Source: Bdellovibrionales bacterium
GTDB lineage: Bacteria > Bdellovibrionota > Bdellovibrionia > Bdellovibrionales > JAUICD01
Length of the DNA stretch: 64,000 nt
Reading direction: 5' to 3'
Assembly: GCA_965262715.1 (NCBI GenBank)
Contig: OZ253553.1
Span: 2,016,001 to 2,080,000, forward strand
Part shown: positions 1 to 10,337 of the stretch, piece by piece
Layout of the letters: every line of letters starts with the position of its first letter
How positions within the stretch are numbered: the first letter of the stretch is position 1
Made by a program: the position numbers and the translations under genes
Notes under the pieces: model-generated
What the model was told of the DNA's origin: nothing
The model's input: only the letters and a program-made list of their open reading frames with translations
The model's database searches: none

Positions 1-112
1 AAACTGCTTGTCATAAACTTAAGTTTAATGATAGAAAGTATCAATTGTTTTTGTGTATATCAAATTATAAAATATAAAATTTGGAATAGTTGTTGTAAGA
101 GTGTACTAAATC

Positions 113-1147
113 ATGAATCGAAATCAGGTATCAATTTATATTTTATCTTTTTTGACAATTTTTATTACTACAACATTTAGCACTTATAGTTTAGGCTTAT
201 ATCGTGCTAAACTTCCTGAGTCGCCAAAAGAAAAAAGACAAGCCACATTACTTCATATACAAATACTTCAAAATAACTTGGATAAATTTATGAGGATTTT
301 AGATAAATACCCACAATATATTAATGCTGTATACTATTATCCAAAATATGAGGATTATATAACACTTTTACAATCTGCTGCTATATTCGGGAGAGATGAG
401 TTTATAGATGAGTTATTGAAAAGAAAAATCGATCTATTTCCCACAACAACGAATAAAGGTAATTCTATTCTTCACCTCTCCAGCATACCTCGTATTACAG
501 AAAGATTCATAGACCTTGCTTTCAGGCTTGAAGCTCGTAATGATCAATTAATGACTCCTCTACTTGCACAGGCTTACAAAGACACCCTTAACAAAGAAGT
601 TATACATACCTTATTAGAAGCTGGTGCTGACCCAGATGCGAAAACAGATATTGCAGGATTGACAGCCTTACATATTTTATTTAAGCCACATCATGCAAGC
701 AGCCATCGGGAAGATCTATTAGCTATTTTAGAAGATCTTTTAGATCATGGCGCAACGGTATATGCTAAAACCAAACAAGGCGCAACTGCTTTACACTTTG
801 CCGCAAAGAACAATGATGTTGAAGCTATAAGGATTCTTGTCGATAGAGCCAATCAAAGAAGAATTAAACACCTCTTCATTAATATGAGGAACTCAGATGG
901 CGATACTCCACTTTCTATAGCTTATAAACATCAATCTAAAGAAGCCACCACCGAACTGCTAAAACTAGGAGCAAATCCTTTATTAAAAAATCATAGTGGT
1001 GTATCAGTCAATGGAGATGCCTACCTCCTCTTTCGAAGCAATCAAAGAAATAGCTTTGATTTTAGTAAATTTGTCTTAGATGAAATAGCAAAATATTTTA
1101 CACCCTCAGATCGTTGTGCCCAGCCACTAATGTCTGTTGGTTTATAA
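113..1147 (+). CDS. Secreted ankyrin-repeat protein (array copy 1)
   Basis: N-terminal hydrophobic signal; ANK motifs (GNSILHL, TPLLAQA, GATALHFAA, GDTPLSIAY, LLEAGADPD). Confidence 0.9.
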   Translation: MNRNQVSIYILSFLTIFITTTFSTYSLGLYRAKLPESPKEKRQATLLHIQILQNNLDKFMRILDKYPQYINAVYYYPKYEDYITLLQSAAIFGRDEFIDELLKRKIDLFPTTTNKGNSILHLSSIPRITERFIDLAFRLEARNDQLMTPLLAQAYKDTLNKEVIHTLLEAGADPDAKTDIAGLTALHILFKPHHASSHREDLLAILEDLLDHGATVYAKTKQGATALHFAAKNNDVEAIRILVDRANQRRIKHLFINMRNSDGDTPLSIAYKHQSKEATTELLKLGANPLLKNHSGVSVNGDAYLLFRSNQRNSFDFSKFVLDEIAKYFTPSDRCAQPLMSVGL

Positions 1148-1392
1148 TTAGAAAGTTGGATTCGATTTTTAAAAAGTATCTATAAATCCAAAAGTGTTGC
1201 ACTTGCTATTTGAGCCTATATCTTAAAAACAATTTAAAATAGGTTTTAAAGCATTTTTAAAGGACAACTCAATCTAATTTTATTAAAAATTGCTTGTCAT
1301 AAACTCAGTTTAATGATAAATGATATCAATTATTCTTGTGATATCACATCATAAAACTTATAGAGGGATTACTATTTGAGAGTGTAAGAGTT

Positions 1393-2439
1393 ATGAATCG
1401 AAATCAGGTACTAACTTATATTTTATCTTTTTTGATAATGTTTATTACTACAACATTTAGCATTTATAGCTTATCTCAATTTCCTCAGCTTCCTAGATCA
1501 ATGGAAGAAAGAAAGCTCGCCGAATTACTCCATAAACGAATATCTCAAAATAATCTTGATGAATTTGTAAGGATTTTAGATGCGTACCCAAAATATATCA
1601 ATATTATAATTATACAATTTCATCCAGAATACACACGCACTCTTACTCCATTACAACATTCCACTATGTTAGCGAGAAATGAATTTATAGATGAGTTGTT
1701 GAAAAGAGAAGCTGATCCAACTTTAACAACTTTATCCGAAGATAATTCTCTTCTTCATCTTGCTTCTTCACCTCGCACAGCAAAAAAACTCATAGATTTA
1801 GGCCTTGACCTTGAGGCTACTAATTTTCAAGGTATGACACCACTGCTTGTAAAAGTTTTCAAAAGAACATTAGATAGAGAAGTTATACACACTCTACTAG
1901 AAGCTGGTGCTAATCCAAATGTAAGAACCGATATTTCAAGGATGACACCTTTACATATCTTATTTAAGCCACATCATATATTTCATACAGCCAGCCACGA
2001 AGAAGATTTATTAGTTATTTTAAAAGACCTCTTAGATCATGGCGCAAGAGTGGATGCTACAACTAAACAAAAAGAAACTCCTCTACATTTTGCAGCAAAA
2101 GCTAATAATGTTGAAGCTATAAGGATTCTTGTCGATAGAGCCAATCAAAGAAGAATTAAACACCTCTTCATTAATATGAGGAACTCAGATGGCGATACTC
2201 CACTTTCTATAGCTTATAAACATAAATCTAGAGAAGCTATTACTGAGCTTTTAAAACTAGGATCAAATCCTTTTGTAAAAAATAACTTCCTAGTATCAGT
2301 TAATGGAGATGCCCACACTCAAGAATTTAGAGGTAGTGGAGAAACTTTAGATTTTAGTAAGTTTGTTTTAGATGAAATAACAAAATATTTTACACCCTCA
2401 GATCGTTGTGGCCGATCACTAACGTCTGTTAGGTCTTAA
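1393..2439 (+). CDS. Secreted ankyrin-repeat protein (array copy 2)
   Basis: Paralogue of copy 1; TPLH/TPLL ANK motifs; signal peptide. Confidence 0.9.
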   Translation: MNRNQVLTYILSFLIMFITTTFSIYSLSQFPQLPRSMEERKLAELLHKRISQNNLDEFVRILDAYPKYINIIIIQFHPEYTRTLTPLQHSTMLARNEFIDELLKREADPTLTTLSEDNSLLHLASSPRTAKKLIDLGLDLEATNFQGMTPLLVKVFKRTLDREVIHTLLEAGANPNVRTDISRMTPLHILFKPHHIFHTASHEEDLLVILKDLLDHGARVDATTKQKETPLHFAAKANNVEAIRILVDRANQRRIKHLFINMRNSDGDTPLSIAYKHKSREAITELLKLGSNPFVKNNFLVSVNGDAHTQEFRGSGETLDFSKFVLDEITKYFTPSDRCGRSLTSVRS

Positions 2440-2864
2440 TTAGAAAGACGGATTCGACTTCTAAAAAAGCATCTATAAATCTAAACTGTTGCACTTGCTA
2501 TTTGAACTTATAATATTTACGAAAGAGTTTTTCAAAAATTCTCAAAATTCTTTATTTTGTAAATGTATCTTGAAAAAGATCCATTTTGGAGATGTAGATT
2601 ATAGTTTACCAGTTTCTTATTTAATAGACCGCCAGATAAAATTTTTATTTTTAAGATAGTCTCCAGCCTCAAAATAACTATATTTTTATCTTAAAAACGA
2701 TTTAAACTTGGTCTTAAAGCATATTTTAAGGAATTATCCATGATGATATTTTATTAAAAAATTTGTTTGTCATAAACTCAGTTTAATGATAAATGATATC
2801 AATTATTTTCTGTATATATCAAATCATAAAGTTTGGAATAGTTATTGTAAGAGTGTACTAAATC

Positions 2865-3902
2865 ATGAATCGAAATCAGGTATCAATTTATATTTTATCT
2901 TTTTTAACAATATTTATTACTACAACATTCAGCACTTATAGTTTAGGCTTATATCGTGCTAAACTTCCTGAGTCGCCAAAAGAAAGAAACCAAGCCACAT
3001 TACTTCATAAACAAATACTTCAAAATAACCTCGATGCATTTATAGAGTTTGTAGAGATTTTAGATAATTATCCACAATATATTAATACTGCATACTATTA
3101 CCAAAAATATGATGATTATCTTACACCTTTACAATCTGCTGCTCTATTAGGGAGAGATGATTTTATAGATGAGTTATTGAGAAGAAAAGTCAATCTATTT
3201 CCCACAACAACGAATAAGGGTAATTCTATTCTTCACCTTTCCAACAAACCTCATATTACAAAAAGATTTATAGACCTTGCTTTCAATCTTGAAGCCCACA
3301 ATGATCAATTAATGACTCCTCTACTTGCACAGGCTTACAAAAGAACCCTTAACAAAGAAGTTATACATACCTTATTAGAAGCTGGTGCTGACCCAGATGC
3401 GAGAACCGATACTTCAGAATTGACAGCCTTACATATGTTATTTAAACTACATCATGCAAGCAGCCATCGGGAAGATCTATTAGCTATTTTAAAAGATCTT
3501 TTAGATCATGGTGCAAAAGCATATGCTACAACCAATAAAGGCGCAACTGCTTTACACTTTGCCGCAGGAAACAATGATGTTGAAGCTATAAGAATTCTTG
3601 TCGATAGAGCAAATCAAAGAAGAATTAAACACCTCTTCATTAATATGAGGAACTCAGATGGCGACACTCCACTTTCTATAGCTTATAAACATCAATCTAA
3701 AGAAGCCACCACCGAACTGCTAAAACTAGGAGCAAATCCTTTATTAAAAAATAATAGTGGTGTATCAGTCAATGGAGATGCCCACCTTCGAAGCAGTGAA
3801 AGAAAGATTTTTGATTTTAGTAAATTTGTCTTAGATGAAATAGCAAAATATTTTACACCCTCAGATCGTTGTGCCAAGCCACTAATGTCTGTTGGTTTAT
3901 AA
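2865..3902 (+). CDS. Secreted ankyrin-repeat protein (array copy 3)
   Basis: Close paralogue of copy 1. Confidence 0.9.
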   Translation: MNRNQVSIYILSFLTIFITTTFSTYSLGLYRAKLPESPKERNQATLLHKQILQNNLDAFIEFVEILDNYPQYINTAYYYQKYDDYLTPLQSAALLGRDDFIDELLRRKVNLFPTTTNKGNSILHLSNKPHITKRFIDLAFNLEAHNDQLMTPLLAQAYKRTLNKEVIHTLLEAGADPDARTDTSELTALHMLFKLHHASSHREDLLAILKDLLDHGAKAYATTNKGATALHFAAGNNDVEAIRILVDRANQRRIKHLFINMRNSDGDTPLSIAYKHQSKEATTELLKLGANPLLKNNSGVSVNGDAHLRSSERKIFDFSKFVLDEIAKYFTPSDRCAKPLMSVGL

Positions 3903-3980
3903 TGGCCTTGTTGCACAAAGATTTAAATAGTTTTTATTTTATTTATTTTTTAAGTAAGATTGTCATTTAATATTTTTTTA

Positions 3981-4898
3981 TCAAGCTGAAAGAGAAGAAG
4001 GCACAATCATCTGATTAAGGATTTTACATTTAATAAACACTTCATTTGCTTGACGATGAAATTCTCTAGAAGATAATTTATCACCTAATAAAGTTTTAAA
4101 TCTATACATAGCTGTTTCTGATATAGACCTCCTGTGATATTTATGTTTTTTTTTCCACTTCTTTCTACCCATCTTCTTGATTTCTCTAATATAAGTATCT
4201 CTAAGAAGCGGCGATCCTCGACAATTTCCATGCCTCTTAATCACAGCATTCTTTCTAGGTGGAGCAACCAATTTTATACTTCTATCACTTGTAAACTGAT
4301 AACAATTCTTACAGTCATAAGCCCCATCAACTGAAACTTGGCCTATCTCATCTTCATATCCTGTCAATAACTCTTCAAAAACCTCATTATCCTTTACAGA
4401 ATTATCACTCAAAACAGATGCCTTAATCTGGGAATTTGACTCATCTACCGCTAAATGTAGCTTCTTCCAGGTCCTTCTCTTAGAATACCCATGCTGACGG
4501 ACTTTCCACTCTCCCTCCCCATAAACTTTAAGACCTGTGGAATCAATGACAATATGAGGACTCTTGTGAGAAGATAGCTTTCTTTCTAGTTTTACTGATA
4601 ACTTCTGTAATCTTCTGCAAAGAGTTGTATAATTAGGTATTTCTATATCAAGACACATAAGTTCAACTAGGGATTTAGCAAAACCTTCTGTAGATCGCAA
4701 TTTTAAACCAAATATGAATCTTAATATATTAAGAGTTTCAATAGCTTTATCAGAGTAAACTTGTTGACCCCCTTGCTTTGAAGAACATTTTGCATACCAA
4801 GATTTGACGATATCTGCTGAAAACCAAAAAGTGATTTGACCTCTATTGACTAGAGACTTATTATAAAGACTCCAGTTTATTTTTTTATTTTTACCCAT
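3981..4898 (-). CDS. IS5-family transposase
   Basis: NWSLYNKSLVNRG, IDSTGLKVYGEGEW, RRTWKKLHLAVD, DGAYD, YHRRSISETAMYRFK motifs; ATG at 4898 follows AAGGAG RBS (ORF track starts at 4967). Confidence 0.92.
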   Translation of the reverse strand: MGKNKKINWSLYNKSLVNRGQITFWFSADIVKSWYAKCSSKQGGQQVYSDKAIETLNILRFIFGLKLRSTEGFAKSLVELMCLDIEIPNYTTLCRRLQKLSVKLERKLSSHKSPHIVIDSTGLKVYGEGEWKVRQHGYSKRRTWKKLHLAVDESNSQIKASVLSDNSVKDNEVFEELLTGYEDEIGQVSVDGAYDCKNCYQFTSDRSIKLVAPPRKNAVIKRHGNCRGSPLLRDTYIREIKKMGRKKWKKKHKYHRRSISETAMYRFKTLLGDKLSSREFHRQANEVFIKCKILNQMIVPSSLSA

Positions 4899-5052
4899 CT
4901 CTAGCTCCTTCTGATTTAGTGATTGTGAAAGTTGGGGATGGGTAAATTTTATAATCACTAAAAACAAAAAATCAAAGTAATAGATATCAAACTCAGAAAA
5001 AATAGAGCTTAGGCAAAAAACTTCATATATGGTGCATAATAAACATCTGTAG

Positions 5053-5207
5053 GAGAATTATGGCAGGCTTCTGAAATAGGACTAGGCCAGTGCCTTAGGA
5101 GAAAAATATCTATAAAGCATTCGATACTATAATAAAATCTTAAAATAATAGCAATAAAAGGTACAGAGGCCCTCTAAGGCCTATGGAAGATGCCTGACTT
5201 AATTCTC
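5053..5207. repeat. Structured ~155-nt element (family B, copy 1) in IS leader
   Basis: Homologous to 62639-62794; nested inverted repeats. Confidence 0.7.
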
Positions 5208-5525
5208 TAACTTGTATACACATATTCCATAAATCTTTGTGCAACAAGACCGATGTAGATTATAGTTTACCAGTTTCTTATTTAATAGACCGCCAGATAA
5301 AATTTTTATTTTTAAGATAGTCTCCAGCCTCAAAATAACTATATTTTTATCTTAAAAACGATTTAAACTTGGTCTTAAAGCATATTTTAAGGAATTATCC
5401 ATGATGATATTTTATTAAAAAATTTGTTTGTCATAAACTCAGTTTAATGATAAATGATATCAATTATTTTCTGTATATATCAAATCATAAAGTTTGGAAT
5501 AGTTATTGTAAGAGTGTACTAAATC

Positions 5526-6553
5526 ATGAATCGAAATCAGGTATCAATTTATATTTTATCTTTTTTAACAATATTTATTACTACAACATTCAGCACTTAT
5601 AGTTTAGGCTTATATCGTGCTAAACTTCCTGAGTCGCCAAAAGAAAAAAGGCTTGCCAAATTACTTTATGAACAAATACTTCAAGATAACTTAGATGTAT
5701 TTGTGAAGATTTTAGATAACTACCCACAATATATCAATATTGCATATTATCATCCAAATTATGATGACCATCTTACACCTTTACAATCTGCTGCTCTATT
5801 AGGCAAAGATAATTTTATAGATGAGTTATTGAGAAGAAAAGTCGATCTATTTCCCACAACAACGAATAAGGGTAATTCTATTCTTCACCTCTCCAACATA
5901 CCTCGTATTACAAAAAGATTTATAGACCTTACTTTCAAGCTTGAAGCTCGTAATGATCAATCTATGACTCCTCTACTTGCACAGACTCACAAAACAATCC
6001 CTAACAAAGAAGTTATACATACCTTACTAGAAGCTGGTGCTAACCCAGATGCGAAAACCAGTTTTTCAGAATTAACAGCCTTACATATTTTATTTAAGCT
6101 ACGTTATGCAAGTAGCCATCGGGAATACCTATTAGCTATTTTAGAAGATCTTCTAGATCATGGTGCAACAGTAGATGCTACAACCAAACGAGGTGCAACT
6201 GCTTTACACTTCGCCGCAGGAAACAATGATGTTAGAGCTATAAGAATTCTTGTCAATAGAGCAGATCAAATAGGAATTAAAGATTCTTTTATCAATACAC
6301 AAAACTTATTTGGCGATACTCCACTTTCTAAGGCTTATAACTATCAATCTAGAGAAGCTATTACTGAGCTTTTAAAACTAGGAGCAAATCCTTCTTAAAA
6401 AATAATCTAGGTGTCTCAGTCAATGGAGATGCCCACCTTCGAAGCAGTGAAGGAGAAGTTTTTGAGTTTAGTAAGTTTGTCTCAGATGAAATAATACGAC
6501 ATTTTAAACCATCAGATCGTTGTGGCCAATCACTAACGTCTGTTAGGTCTTAA
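5526..6553 (+). pseudogene. Ankyrin-repeat protein copy 4, frameshifted near 3' end (ORF stops at 6398)
   Basis: 1-nt deletion at ...AATCCTTCTTAA gives an early stop; homologous coding sequence continues (SVNGDAHL...SDRCGQSLTSVRS) to TAA at 6551-6553. Confidence 0.85.
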
Positions 6554-6807
6554 TTAGAAAGACGGATTCGACTTCTAAAAAAGCATCTATAAATCTAAAC
6601 TGTTGCACTTGCTATTTGAACCTATATCTTAAAAACAATTTAAAATAGGTTTTAAAGCATTTTAAGGGCTAAGGAATTATTCAGAGTGATATTTTATTAA
6701 AAAAATCCTTGTCATAAATTGATTTTAATTAATATTAATGGTGTTTTGTAGGGTGATAATAGGCCAAATTCACTTACCGATAGGCGATTACTTAAGAGTG
6801 CTGAATT

Positions 6808-7842
6808 ATGATTCGAAATCAGGTATCAATTTATATTTTGTCTTTTTTGACAATTTTTATCATTACAACATTTAGTAGCTTAGTCTTATCTCGCCGCGCT
6901 AAACCTCCTAAGTCGCCAGAAGAAGAAAGGCTTGCAGGCTTACTTCAGGAACACATACTTCAAGATAACTTAGATGGATTTGTGGATGTTTTAGATAATT
7001 ATCCAGAATATATTAATATTGCATCCTATTATCTACAATATGATGATTATCTTACACCTTTACAATCTGCTGCTCTATTAGAAAGAGATGAGTTTATAGA
7101 TGAGTTATTATTAAAAAGAAAAATCGATTTATTTTCCAAAACAACGAACAAAGGTAATACTATTCTTCACCTTTCCAGTATACCTCGTATTACAAAAAGA
7201 TTTATAGACATGGCTTTCAAACTTGAAGTTCGCAATGCTCAATTTATGACTCCTCTACTTGCACAAGCCGACACAGCAATCCTTAACAAAGAAGTTATAC
7301 ATGTCTTATTAGAAGCTGGTGCTGATCCAAATGCGAGAACCAATATCTCAGGATTAACACCTTTACATATTTTATTTAAGCCATCAGACCATGCAAGCAG
7401 TGATCAACAATCTTTATTAGCTATTTTAGAAGATCTTTTACATCATGGCGCAACAGTAAATGCTACAACCAATCGAAATGAAACTCCTCTACATTTTGCA
7501 GCAAGAGCTAATAATGGTGTGGCTATAAGAATTCTTGTCAATAGAGCAAGTCAACTGGAAATTAAAAATTTTATTAATATGAGAGACTCAGATGGTAATA
7601 CTCCACTTTCTATAGCTTATAAAAATCAATCTAGAGAGGCTGTCACTGAACTTCTAAAACTAGGCGCAAATCCTTTTTTGAAAAACAACCTCCGCATATC
7701 AGTTAATGGAGATGCCCACATTCAAAGTGGTAGAAGTAGTGGAGAAACTTTACATTTTAGTAAATTTGTCTTAGGTGAAATAGCAAAATATCTTAAGCCA
7801 TCAGCTCGTTGCGCTCAACCACTAATACCTGTTAGGCCTTAA
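6808..7842 (+). CDS. Secreted ankyrin-repeat protein (array copy 5)
   Basis: Paralogue of copies 1-4. Confidence 0.9.
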   Translation: MIRNQVSIYILSFLTIFIITTFSSLVLSRRAKPPKSPEEERLAGLLQEHILQDNLDGFVDVLDNYPEYINIASYYLQYDDYLTPLQSAALLERDEFIDELLLKRKIDLFSKTTNKGNTILHLSSIPRITKRFIDMAFKLEVRNAQFMTPLLAQADTAILNKEVIHVLLEAGADPNARTNISGLTPLHILFKPSDHASSDQQSLLAILEDLLHHGATVNATTNRNETPLHFAARANNGVAIRILVNRASQLEIKNFINMRDSDGNTPLSIAYKNQSREAVTELLKLGANPFLKNNLRISVNGDAHIQSGRSSGETLHFSKFVLGEIAKYLKPSARCAQPLIPVRP

Positions 7843-7947
7843 TTAGAAAGTTGGATTCGATTTTTAAAAAGCATCTATAAATCTAAACTGTTGCACTTGC
7901 TATTTGAACTTACGGATTAAAAAAAAGTATGAATGATATCTTTATCA

Positions 7948-8832
7948 TTATTGTTTGAGTTTTATGAGGTCTTCATTTAATTTTTGAAGCTGTGTATCTT
8001 CCGGTGGAAGAAGTGGACTTCTCATTTGGAGTGTTGAAATCATTTTTGATAAATAAAGAGCAGCTTTCATAGGTATAGGATTAGTATCAAAGTTTAATAT
8101 ATCAATATACCTTTTAATATCTTGAAACTTAGATCGGCCTTCATCAACATCTCCTTTCATATAAGCATTATAAACACTCACAGTCTGAGCAGGAAGTAGA
8201 TTAGAAATAACAGAAATAATTCCATCTCCCTTTATCTCCATAAAAGCATCAAATGTATTGTCATCTCCACTAAGCATTCTAAAGTCTTCATCTGATGAAA
8301 AGACTCTCATTAATTCTTTATCAAATTGAATATCTCCTGAGGCTTCTTTAACACCTATTATGTTTTTGCATTTTGAAAGACTCACAATAGTTTCTAAACT
8401 TAATGAAGTGATGGTTCTAGATGGAACATTGTAGAGTAAAATAGGAATATCTACAGATTTATCGATCCTTTGAAAGTGATGTAAAAGCCCTCTTTGTGGA
8501 GGTTTATTATAATAGGGTACAACACATAAAAGGGCATCCGCACCCCACTTCATAGCTTCTTGCGCTTTCTCAATAGTATCAACAGTGCTGTTAGAACCGA
8601 CACCTACAACCAACGGAACTTGACCAGAAACTTCTGATTGAACCACATCAAAAATTTGCTTTTTTTCTTTCCGAGTTAAAGTAGGGCTTTCTGCAGTTGT
8701 TCCTAAAACAATCAGGCCATGTATCCCTTCAGTTAATTGATGTTTTACAAGTTTTTGAAGAGATAATATATCTATTTGATTATCTTTAAATGGTGTGGCT
8801 AAAGCTGTTAAAACGCCTCTGAATGTGTGCAT
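7948..8832 (-). CDS. dapA: 4-hydroxy-tetrahydrodipicolinate synthase
   Basis: GTTAES, PYYNKP, LYNVPSRT, GVKEAS, SGDD, TNPIPMK motifs. Confidence 0.95.
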   Translation of the reverse strand: MHTFRGVLTALATPFKDNQIDILSLQKLVKHQLTEGIHGLIVLGTTAESPTLTRKEKKQIFDVVQSEVSGQVPLVVGVGSNSTVDTIEKAQEAMKWGADALLCVVPYYNKPPQRGLLHHFQRIDKSVDIPILLYNVPSRTITSLSLETIVSLSKCKNIIGVKEASGDIQFDKELMRVFSSDEDFRMLSGDDNTFDAFMEIKGDGIISVISNLLPAQTVSVYNAYMKGDVDEGRSKFQDIKRYIDILNFDTNPIPMKAALYLSKMISTLQMRSPLLPPEDTQLQKLNEDLIKLKQ

Positions 8833-8899
8833 AAATAACTCCTTTTTTAATACTCTCTATAAACAGTTTTAAAAGCTAAAAAGTCAAGAAATGAAATGA

Positions 8900-9075
8900 T
8901 TTTCTTAACATGATGTTAAGTAACGAGAACATCCTGCTACTAAAAATGAACATTTGAGATAGTCAGCTACTTATTGAAGGCGTGAGCCCTCAGGCTTATT
9001 ACCCGAAAATAGCCAGAGGCTCGCCTCGAGAGGCTTGCCTTGAGAGGCTTGCTTCGATATTTGATAAATATTTTT
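8900..9075 (+). repeat. Structured intergenic repeat, family A (with 14-nt expansions)
   Basis: TTAACAT head, CTAAAAATGAAC stem, GGC-GTGA-GCC hairpin. Confidence 0.75.
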
Positions 9076-9161
9076 TTACTCTTTTTAAATTTACTCAGTC
9101 TAAAAGAGCTAATATTTTAGATTTTATGGAAAATTGATGAGCTATTCGAATTGCTTCACAA

Positions 9162-9830
9162 TTATAGGGTTGCTCCAGCTGCGCGTAAAGATTTTGCTAC
9201 TTCAGTATGGTCTTTGTCTTCTGCCCACTTTAAAGCCGTCCTGCCACGATCATCTCTTTTATTTACATCTGCTCCCCTACCAATTAAGATCTTTACAACT
9301 TCAAGATGATCATGTTGAACACCAATTATTAAAGCTGTAGTGCCACTAATGAAAGTATTCACTTTTGCTCCGGCCTCCAGCAAAGTTTCTACAACTTCAA
9401 AATGGCCATATCTAACACCAAACCTTAAAGCTGTGTAATTATATTCATTTACATCATCCACATTGGCCCCTGCTTCAAGAAACGTATTTACAATATAAAT
9501 ATCTTCACACGCAGTACCCCGCATTAAAGCTGTATTACCATATTTATTTGCTGCATTCACATCCGCACCTGCTATAAGCAACGCATTTATTACATCCAGC
9601 CGACAGAGAATGGTTGCCTGTATCAAAGGTGTTTCACCATATTGATTTGCTGCATCCACATTTGCTCCATTTTCTACAGCTATTTCTACACATTCAACTG
9701 TTTCACAAGAAAAAAGAGCTTGGGTAGCTTCGGGAGCTTCGGTAGCTTCGGTAGCTTGGGTAAATTTTGTAAACCCTGTTAAATAAAAAGATAAAAGGCA
9801 AATGATTATATTTAAAAGTTTAAATTTCAT
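9162..9830 (-). CDS. Secreted ankyrin-repeat protein (canonical type, distinct from the array)
   Basis: GETPLIQA, GNTALMRG, GADVN repeats; signal peptide; 9-bp tandem repeat (ATE/APE) after the signal. Confidence 0.92.
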   Translation of the reverse strand: MKFKLLNIIICLLSFYLTGFTKFTQATEATEAPEATQALFSCETVECVEIAVENGANVDAANQYGETPLIQATILCRLDVINALLIAGADVNAANKYGNTALMRGTACEDIYIVNTFLEAGANVDDVNEYNYTALRFGVRYGHFEVVETLLEAGAKVNTFISGTTALIIGVQHDHLEVVKILIGRGADVNKRDDRGRTALKWAEDKDHTEVAKSLRAAGATL

Positions 9831-10337
9831 AACAATCCTATTTTGTTAAAAGTTTTTACGGAACATCAAAATTAGAACATGCAATAAATAAGCCAAACTA
9901 AAAAGCAATACATAGGGTACAGCCCCAATAAAAGTGACCTTTTTAGGCTTTCTAGTGACAATACGTGTTACCCCAGAATAAATTGTTACCGAGCGATTGA
10001 GTATAAGAGTTAAGTTATTCCTTTGTTTTCCTTTGTTTATTATATAAGTTGAGTAATCTAAAGAATTCATCTAACTTTTTTTCTCTTTCTTTAACCAGTT
10101 CAAATGGGTTGAGTTTTCTTCTTTGCTTTATAAGAGCTTCCTTTTGCTTTTCGGATATATGAGAGGATGTCATTAATCTTTCATAAGAGACGAATTAGCT
10201 TGGATTTGATTCATCAAGGATTGGATGTACAGCTTGTTTTGATGTTTATGGCAAAGCCAAGTAGCTCTCGAAAGGCTTATCTCGAGAGGTTTGCCTCGAG
10301 AAGTTGGTCTATCTTGAGGGATACAACATTTCCCTCC

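Larger units (their letters stand above)
3904..5251 (-). mobile_element. IS5-family (IS903-group) insertion sequence
   Basis: 22-bp terminal inverted repeats GGCCTTGTTGCACAAAGATTTA (3904-3925) and TAAATCTTTGTGCAACAAGACC (5230-5251), 1 mismatch; encloses a DDE transposase. Confidence 0.92.

Noticed and set aside
113..7842. Diversity-generating retroelement acting on the ankyrin genes
   Set aside because: No reverse transcriptase in the window, and differences are not adenine-specific
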